IMG/VR virus record: IMGVR_UViG_2663762945_000003
DNA: 4,764 nucleotides
Strand: one strand, 5' to 3'
From: a virus
Lineage: Duplodnaviria; Heunggongvirae; Uroviricota; Caudoviricetes
The notes below the pieces were generated by a model that was given only the letters and a program-made list of their open reading frames with translations, made no database searches and had not been told where the DNA came from. Positions 1 to 4,764 of the stretch are shown in pieces. The position numbers and the translations under genes were made by a program. How positions within the stretch are numbered: position 1 is the stretch's first letter; each line of letters starts with the position of its first letter.

Positions 1-849
1 CTTTTTGCAAGTTACTGTCAGCTTTCCATCTGATTTTTTAATGCCTTCAATTTCAACTTCTTCTGTAAGTTCTTTGTTGGAAAGTTTCTCACGTGGGTTT
101 CTTATCATTTCGGCAATATCACGCTTATCTAATTCGATCTTTGCCATACCATTAAACTCTACTCTGTCAGCATCTGAGACGCCTTTCAACACCCCAACCA
201 CAGCATTTGAAGTATGGGATTGAATTCCCTCTGAAATCTCCCTCGCAGCTGCTGTGGCAGTATGAGCAGAAAGAACTTCAACCATGCCATCTTTAAGCAG
301 TCTCATTTGCTCAGTTTGGCTGTTGGTGTCGTTGAGGCCTTCATCAATCTCAAGTTGCTTCATTTTTTCTATATGGCGATCTTTTTGTCTCGACTTTATC
401 AGCCAAGCCCCAGTAAGGATCAGCGATATGAGAACGAGACATATAGCTTTCTCTGTTCCAGTCATACCTTGTGTTGACCTCTCAAATGCAACACCAAATG
501 AATCAATTACATCCTTTATAGCAACAAGTAGGTCAGTACAGCCAGGCTCAACTTTAAAAATTATCTCAAGCTCTTTTCTATCACTGTCTTTCAAATGCTT
601 GAGATTATCCGTTCCTCGCCTTACAAGCATAAACGCTTTATAAAGTTCGGTCTGAAACTCGCACATACCTTGAGCTAAAGAGGACGGTATCGTCCCATTA
701 TACCGGTCTGGATCACCATAAATCTTGAAACTTACGTGGTTAACAAAATCAATTTTAATGTCATTGATAGATATTTGCTGACCTTTCTGAACTCTTTCTA
801 AAAACTCTGAAACGTCGCTTAATGATGAGATATCAATTTGATTGTCCAT
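1..849 (-). CDS. Hypothetical protein, N-terminal 283 codons (3' end lies beyond window start); non-Rex gene at the rexA/rexB position immediately downstream of cI; one predicted transmembrane helix
   Basis: Own translation of the reverse complement: ATG at 849..847, then 283 sense codons with no stop down to nt 1 (MDNQIDISSLSDVSEFLERVQKGQQISINDIKIDFVNHVSFKIYGDPDRYNGTIPSSLAQGMCEF...). It is absent from the supplied ORF track only because it has no in-window stop. Possible weak SD (GAGAA) 5-9 nt upstream of the ATG. Only 22 bp separate it from the cI stop, same strand, so it is probably co-transcribed with cI. Hydrophobic stretch AICLVLISLILTGAWLI (about residues 152-168) followed by a basic cluster KSRQKDRH. 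Does not match RexA as I recall it. The three + strand ORFs in the track (5..223, 262..477, 284..643) overlap it antisense and are taken as spurious. Confidence 0.75.
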   Translation of the reverse strand, partial: MDNQIDISSLSDVSEFLERVQKGQQISINDIKIDFVNHVSFKIYGDPDRYNGTIPSSLAQGMCEFQTELYKAFMLVRRGTDNLKHLKDSDRKELEIIFKVEPGCTDLLVAIKDVIDSFGVAFERSTQGMTGTEKAICLVLISLILTGAWLIKSRQKDRHIEKMKQLEIDEGLNDTNSQTEQMRLLKDGMVEVLSAHTATAAAREISEGIQSHTSNAVVGVLKGVSDADRVEFNGMAKIELDKRDIAEMIRNPREKLSNKELTEEVEIEGIKKSDGKLTVTCKK

Positions 850-871
850 ATCTTTTCTCAATGTTATTGTG

Positions 872-1588
<717 letters not shown>

Positions 1589-1591
1589 TTA

Positions 1592-1620
1592 AATCTATCA
1601 CCGCAAGGGATAAATATCTA
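1592..1620 (-). promoter_or_regulatory. PRM promoter (cI maintenance promoter); -10 TAGATT (1597..1592), -35 TAGATA (1620..1615)
   Basis: Hexamers read directly on the minus strand at the positions expected from lambda; the -10 lies 7 nt upstream of the cI ATG (leaderless mRNA). Confidence 0.8.
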
Positions 1621-1659
1621 ACACCGTGCGTGTTGACTGCTTTACCTCTAGCGGTGATA
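1596..1659. promoter_or_regulatory. Right operator OR: OR3 1596..1612 (TATCACCGCAAGGGATA), OR2 1619..1635 (TAACACCGTGCGTGTTG), OR1 1643..1659 (TACCTCTAGCGGTGATA)
   Basis: Three 17-bp partially palindromic sites between the divergent cI and cro starts. OR3 and OR2 match the lambda operators as I recall them; OR1 differs at one position (A at 1650 where lambda has G). Confidence 0.88.
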
Positions 1660-1661
1660 AT
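1633..1661 (+). promoter_or_regulatory. PR promoter; -35 TTGACT (1633..1638), 17-bp spacer, -10 GATAAT (1656..1661)
   Basis: Near-consensus sigma-70 hexamers with 17-bp spacing overlapping OR2/OR1, followed by SD AAGGAGG (1675..1681) and the cro ATG at 1686. Confidence 0.88.
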
Positions 1662-1676
1662 AATTGCATGTACTAA

Positions 1677-1886
<210 letters not shown>

Positions 1887-1893
1887 ATAACAC

Positions 1894-1925
1894 CGCTCTT
1901 ACACATCACAGCCCTGAAAAAGGGC
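1894..1925 (+). promoter_or_regulatory. nutR N-utilisation site: boxA CGCTCTTA (1894..1901) and boxB hairpin GCCCTGAAAAAGGGC (1911..1925); Rho-dependent tR1 region follows (about 1926..1990)
   Basis: boxB is a perfect 5-bp stem (GCCCT/AGGGC) around a GAAAA loop, as in lambda nutR; boxA lies 9 nt upstream. tR1 is inferred from position only, since Rho-dependent terminators lack a crisp motif. Confidence 0.8.
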
Positions 1926-1994
1926 ATCCAATTAAACCACACCTATGGTGTATGCATTTATTTTCATACATTCAATCAATTGTTATCTAAGGAA

Positions 1995-2027
1995 ATACTT
2001 ACATATGGTTCGTGCAAACAAACGCAA
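1995..2027 (-). promoter_or_regulatory. PRE (promoter for repressor establishment) with CII-binding direct repeats TTGC-N6-TTGC (2027..2024 and 2017..2014, minus strand) and -10 AAGTAT (2000..1995)
   Basis: Minus strand reads TTGCGTTTGTTTGC flanking the -35 position, the classic CII recognition tetrads, with a -10-like hexamer downstream; the element overlaps the 5' end of cII on the opposite strand as in lambda. Confidence 0.75.
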
Positions 2028-2298
2028 CGAGGCACTACGAATCGAGAGTGCGTTGCTTAACAAAATCGCAATGCTTGGAACTGAGAAGACAGCGGAAGCT
2101 GTGGGAGTTGATAAGTCGCAGATCAGCAGGTGGAAGAGGGACTGGATTCCAAAGTTCTCAATGCTGCTTGCTGTTCTTGAATGGGGGGTCGTTGACGACG
2201 ACATGGCTCGATTGGCGCGACAAGTTGCTGCGATTCTCACCAATAAAAAACGCCCGGCGGCAACCGAGCGTTCTGAACAAATCCAGATGGAGTTCTGA
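2005..2298 (+). CDS. cII: CII transcriptional activator, 97 aa
   Basis: Track ORF 1945..2298 contains MVRANKRNEALRIESALLNKIAMLGTEKTAEAVGVDKSQISRWKRDWIPKFSMLLAVLEWGVVDDDMARLARQVAAILTNKKRPAATERSEQIQMEF. The true start is the internal ATG at 2005, preceded by SD AAGGAAAT (1990..1997); the 20 extra upstream codons of the track ORF are read-through of the intergenic region. Confidence 0.95.
   Translation: MVRANKRNEALRIESALLNKIAMLGTEKTAEAVGVDKSQISRWKRDWIPKFSMLLAVLEWGVVDDDMARLARQVAAILTNKKRPAATERSEQIQMEF
2244..2270 (-). terminator. Intrinsic terminator of oop RNA (7-bp stem CGCUCGG/CCGGGCG with one G-U pair, 6-nt loop, then U6)
   Basis: Read on the minus strand: CGCTCGG-TTGCCG-CCGGGCG-TTTTTT (plus-strand A-run 2245..2250). 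It lies inside the 3' end of cII on the opposite strand, where the oop terminator is expected. Confidence 0.7.
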
Positions 2299-2321
2299 GG
2301 TCATTACTGGATCTATCAACA
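2244..2321 (-). ncRNA. oop: oop antisense RNA (about 77 nt), antisense to the 3' end of cII
   Basis: Bounded by the PO promoter (predicted start near 2321) and the intrinsic terminator at 2244..2270; length and position match lambda oop. Ends are inferred, not mapped. Confidence 0.6.
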
Positions 2322-2328
2322 GGAGTCA

Positions 2329-2357
2329 TTATGACAAATACAGCAAAAATACTCAAC
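2329..2357 (-). promoter_or_regulatory. PO promoter for oop; -35 TTGAGT (2357..2352), 17-bp spacer, -10 CATAAT (2334..2329)
   Basis: Hexamers read on the minus strand; the -10 overlaps the O start codon on the opposite strand. Confidence 0.6.
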
Positions 2358-3230
2358 TTCGGCAGAGGTAACTTTGCCGGACAGGAGCGTAATGTGGCAG
2401 ATCTCGATGATGGTTACGCCAGACTATCAAATATGCTGCTTGAGGCTTATTCGGGCGCAGATCTGACCAAGCGACAGTTTAAAGTGCTGCTTGCCATTCT
2501 GCGTAAAACCTATGGGTGGAATAAACCAATGGACAGAATCACCGATTCTCAACTTAGCGAGATTACAAAGTTACCCGTCAAACGGTGCAATGAAGCCAAG
2601 TTAGAACTCGTCAGAATGAATATTATCAAGCAGCAAGGCGGCATGTTTGGACCAAATAAAAACATCTCAGAATGGTGCATCCCTCAAAACGAGGGAAAAT
2701 CCCCTAAAACGAGGGATAAAACATCCCTCAAATTGGGGGATTGCTATCCCTCAAAACAGGGGGACACAAAAGACACTATTACAAAAGAAAAAAGAAAAGA
2801 TTATTCGTCAGAGAATTCTGGCGAATCCTCTGACCAGCCAGAAAACGACCTTTCTGTGGTGAAACCGGATGCTGCAATTCAGAGCGGCAGCAAGTGGGGG
2901 ACAGCAGAAGACCTGACCGCCGCAGAGTGGATGTTTGACATGGTGAAGACTATCGCACCATCAGCCAGAAAACCGAATTTTGCTGGGTGGGCTAACGATA
3001 TCCGCCTGATGCGTGAACGTGACGGACGTAACCACCGCGACATGTGCGTGCTGTTCCGCTGGGCATGCCAGGACAACTTCTGGTCCGGTAACGTGCTGAG
3101 CCCGGCCAAACTCCGCGATAAGTGGACCCAACTCGAAATCAACCGTAACAAGCAACAGGCAGGCGTGACAGCCAGCAAACCAAAACTCGACCTGACAAAC
3201 ACAGACTGGATTTACGGGGTGGATCTATGA
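2331..3230 (+). CDS. O: Replication initiator protein O, 299 aa
   Basis: ORF track protein MTNTAKILNFGRGNFAGQERNVADLDDGYARLSNMLLEAYSGADLTKRQFKVLLAILRKTYGWNKPMDRITDSQ... matches lambda O as recalled; it contains the origin iterons in its middle and overlaps P by ATGA. Confidence 0.96.
   Translation: MTNTAKILNFGRGNFAGQERNVADLDDGYARLSNMLLEAYSGADLTKRQFKVLLAILRKTYGWNKPMDRITDSQLSEITKLPVKRCNEAKLELVRMNIIKQQGGMFGPNKNISEWCIPQNEGKSPKTRDKTSLKLGDCYPSKQGDTKDTITKEKRKDYSSENSGESSDQPENDLSVVKPDAAIQSGSKWGTAEDLTAAEWMFDMVKTIAPSARKPNFAGWANDIRLMRERDGRNHRDMCVLFRWACQDNFWSGNVLSPAKLRDKWTQLEINRNKQQAGVTASKPKLDLTNTDWIYGVDL
2679..2806. repeat. ori-lambda: four about 18-bp iterons (2679..2696 ATCCCTCAAAACGAGGGA; 2699..2716 ATCCCCTAAAACGAGGGA; 2723..2740 ATCCCTCAAATTGGGGGA; 2746..2764 ATCCCTCAAAACAGGGGGA) followed by an AT-rich unwinding region (about 2766..2806)
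   Basis: Direct repeats with internal dyad symmetry (TCCCTC...GAGGGA) are visible in the sequence, followed by an A-rich tract (ACAAAAGAAAAAAGAAAAGATTATT), all inside the O reading frame as in lambda. Confidence 0.9.
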
Positions 3231-3928
3231 AAAACATCGCCGCACAGATGGTTAACTTTGACCGTGAGCAGATGCGTCGGATCGCCAACAACATGCCGGA
3301 ACAGTACGACGAAAAGCCGCAGGTACAGCAGGTAGCGCAGATCATCAACGGTGTGTTCAGCCAGTTACTGGCAACTTTCCCGGCGAGCCTGGCTAACCGT
3401 GACCAGAACGAAGTGAACGAAATCCGTCGCCAGTGGGTTCTGGCTTTTCGGGAAAACGGGATCACCACGATGGAACAGGTTAACGCAGGAATGCGCGTAG
3501 CCCGTCGGCAGAATCGACCATTTCTGCCATCACCCGGGCAGTTTGTTGCATGGTGCCGGGAAGAAGCATCCGTTACCGCCGGACTGCCAAACGTCAGCGA
3601 GCTGGTTGATATGGTTTACGAGTATTGCCGGAAGCGAGGCCTGTATCCGGATGCGGAGTCTTATCCGTGGAAATCAAACGCGCACTACTGGCTGGTTACC
3701 AACCTGTATCAGAACATGCGGGCCAATGCGCTTACTGATGCGGAATTACGCCGTAAGGCCGCAGATGAGCTTGTCCATATGACTGCGAGAATTAACCGTG
3801 GTGAGGCGATCCCTGAACCAGTAAAACAACTTCCTGTCATGGGCGGTAGACCTCTAAATCGTGCACAGGCTCTGGCGAAGATCGCAGAAATCAAAGCTAA
3901 GTTCGGACTGAAAGGAGCAAGTGTATGA
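3227..3928 (+). CDS. P: Replication protein P (DnaB helicase loader), 233 aa
   Basis: ORF track protein MKNIAAQMVNFDREQMRRIANNMPEQYDEKPQVQQVAQIINGVFSQLLATFPASLANRDQNEVNEIRRQW... matches lambda P as recalled; start overlaps the O stop (ATGA). Confidence 0.96.
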   Translation: MKNIAAQMVNFDREQMRRIANNMPEQYDEKPQVQQVAQIINGVFSQLLATFPASLANRDQNEVNEIRRQWVLAFRENGITTMEQVNAGMRVARRQNRPFLPSPGQFVAWCREEASVTAGLPNVSELVDMVYEYCRKRGLYPDAESYPWKSNAHYWLVTNLYQNMRANALTDAELRRKAADELVHMTARINRGEAIPEPVKQLPVMGGRPLNRAQALAKIAEIKAKFGLKGASV

Positions 3929-4215
3929 CGGGCAAAGAGGCAATTATTCATTACCTGGGGACGCATAATAGCTTCTGTGCGCCGGACGTTGCCGCGCTAA
4001 CAGGCGCAACAGTAACCAGCATAAATCAGGCCGCGGCTAAAATGGCACGGGCAGGTCTTCTGGTTATCGAAGGTAAGGTCTGGCGAACGGTGTATTACCG
4101 GTTTGCTACCAAGGAAGAACGGGAAGGAAAGATGAGCACGAACCTGATTTTTAAGGAGTGTCACCAGAGTGCCGCGATGAAACGGGTATTGGCAGTATAT
4201 GGAGTTAAAAGATGA
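3925..4215 (+). CDS. ren: Ren protein (Rex-exclusion endurance), 96 aa
   Basis: ORF track protein MTGKEAIIHYLGTHNSFCAPDVAALTGATVTSINQAAAKMARAGLLVIEGKVWRTVYYRFATKEEREGKMSTNLIFKECHQSAAMKRVLAVYGVKR matches lambda Ren as recalled; ATGA overlap with the P stop. Confidence 0.93.
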   Translation: MTGKEAIIHYLGTHNSFCAPDVAALTGATVTSINQAAAKMARAGLLVIEGKVWRTVYYRFATKEEREGKMSTNLIFKECHQSAAMKRVLAVYGVKR

Positions 4216-4240
4216 CCATCTACATCACTGAGCTAATAAC

Positions 4241-4273
4241 AGGCCTGCTGGTAATCGCAGGCCTTTTTATTTG
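4241..4273 (+). terminator. tR2-like intrinsic terminator (8-bp stem AGGCCTGC/GCAGGCCT, 8-nt loop, T-rich tail TTTTTATTT)
   Basis: Perfect inverted repeat 4241..4248 / 4257..4264 followed directly by a T-run, in the ren-ninB intergenic region where lambda tR2 lies. Confidence 0.75.
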
Positions 4274-4288
4274 GGGGAGAGGGAAGTC

Positions 4289-4764
4289 ATGAAAAAACTA
4301 ACCTTTGAAATTCGATCTCCAGCACATCAGCAAAACGCTATTCACGCAGTACAGCAAATCCTTCCAGACCCAACCAAACCAATCGTAGTAACCATTCAGG
4401 AACGCAACCGCAGCTTAGACCAAAACAGGAAGCTATGGGCCTGCTTAGGTGACGTCTCTCGTCAGGTTGAATGGCATGGTCGCTGGCTGGATGCAGAAAG
4501 CTGGAAGTGTGTGTTTACCGCAGCATTAAAGCAGCAGGATGTTGTTCCTAACCTTGCCCAGCAGGACAGCTACGTGCTGGCAGATGTGCTGGCAACGTTG
4601 CGCGCGGCAGGTGTTCCAGCGTTAACCGATGACAACTATGCGGTGATGAAGGTGGCTCGAATCGGCTGTGAATGCGGCGCGAATGTCTCGACATTTTCCT
4701 GCTTCAAGCTATTTGGGCCAGAGGGTGTTGGTGCAGTGGTCGGCGATGCTGATGTTATCAACCG
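4289..4764 (+). CDS. ninB: NinB (Orf-family recombination mediator) N-terminal about 90 codons, continuing in frame into non-lambda sequence; no stop before the window end (chimeric or fused ORF)
   Basis: Own translation from the ATG at 4289 (SD GAGGGAAG upstream): MKKLTFEIRSPAHQQNAIHAVQQILPDPTKPIVVTIQERNRSLDQNRKLWACLGDVSRQVEWHGRWLDAESWKCVFTAALKQQDVVPNLA, which matches lambda NinB as recalled. From about nt 4559 the frame continues QQDSYVLADVLATLRAAGVPALTDDNYAVMKVARIGCECGANVSTFSCFKLFGPEGVGAVVGDADVIN, which is not NinB-like. Lambda NinB is 146 aa and would have ended before the window end, yet this frame is open for 158+ codons. Not in the ORF track because it has no in-window stop. Confidence 0.7.
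   Translation, partial: MKKLTFEIRSPAHQQNAIHAVQQILPDPTKPIVVTIQERNRSLDQNRKLWACLGDVSRQVEWHGRWLDAESWKCVFTAALKQQDVVPNLAQQDSYVLADVLATLRAAGVPALTDDNYAVMKVARIGCECGANVSTFSCFKLFGPEGVGAVVGDADVIN

Noticed and set aside
5-643. Three + strand ORFs from the track (5..223, 262..477, 284..643)
   Set aside because: All lie antisense within the uninterrupted 283-codon minus-strand frame (1..849); they are short, mutually overlapping and have no convincing RBS. Treated as shadow ORFs of the real minus-strand gene.
1945-2004. Sixty-nucleotide N-terminal extension of the cII ORF in the track (start at 1945)
   Set aside because: The extension covers the tR1/PRE region and has no RBS. The CII sequence begins at the internal Met (2005), which has a good SD 8-15 nt upstream.
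1983-2371. ORFs 1983..2243 (minus) and 2012..2371 (plus) overlapping cII
   Set aside because: Alternative-frame or antisense reading of the cII/oop region; no independent support. The antisense transcript here is the non-coding oop RNA.
2679-2764. Tandem about 18-bp direct repeats that could be mistaken for a CRISPR array or novel repeat element
   Set aside because: Only four copies, spaced 2-5 bp apart with no unique spacers, located inside the O reading frame and followed by an AT-rich tract: these are the ori-lambda iterons bound by O protein.
2647-3966. Internal and antisense ORFs within O and P (2647..2862 +, 2879..3202 -, 2961..3155 -, 3139..3468 -, 3543..3782 +, 3709..3966 -)
   Set aside because: All are embedded in the O and P genes in other frames or antisense; the arginine/serine-rich translations are typical of out-of-frame reading of a GC-balanced coding region.
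4560-4764. Alternative reading frames and the minus strand across the post-junction tail
   Set aside because: Both other + frames hit stops within about 25 codons of the junction (TAA and TGA near 4620-4630). The only open minus-strand frame entering from the window edge gives a low-complexity 42-codon fragment. The in-frame + reading is preferred, though a short minus-strand gene 3' end cannot be fully excluded.

Overview
This window is the immunity and replication core of a lambda-like (lambdoid) prophage, collinear with phage lambda from the cI stop to about codon 90 of ninB. Order, left to right: a non-lambda gene on the minus strand where rexA/rexB would sit (1..849, runs off the window edge); cI repressor (872..1585, minus); the OR1-3 / PR / PRM switch; cro; nutR; cII with the PRE site; oop antisense RNA and its terminator; O with the ori-lambda iterons inside it; P; ren; a tR2-like terminator; and ninB (starts 4289). 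Two mosaic junctions bracket this core. On the left, an AT-rich open frame encoding a protein with one predicted transmembrane helix replaces rex just 22 bp downstream of cI; this is the best candidate for an undescribed prophage-encoded exclusion or defence function. On the right, lambda-like ninB sequence stops near nt 4558 and the same frame continues open to the window end in GC-richer sequence that resembles the PLP-lysine region of class-V aminotransferase-fold enzymes. All identifications rest on reading the translations and my recollection of lambda reference sequences; no database search was run.
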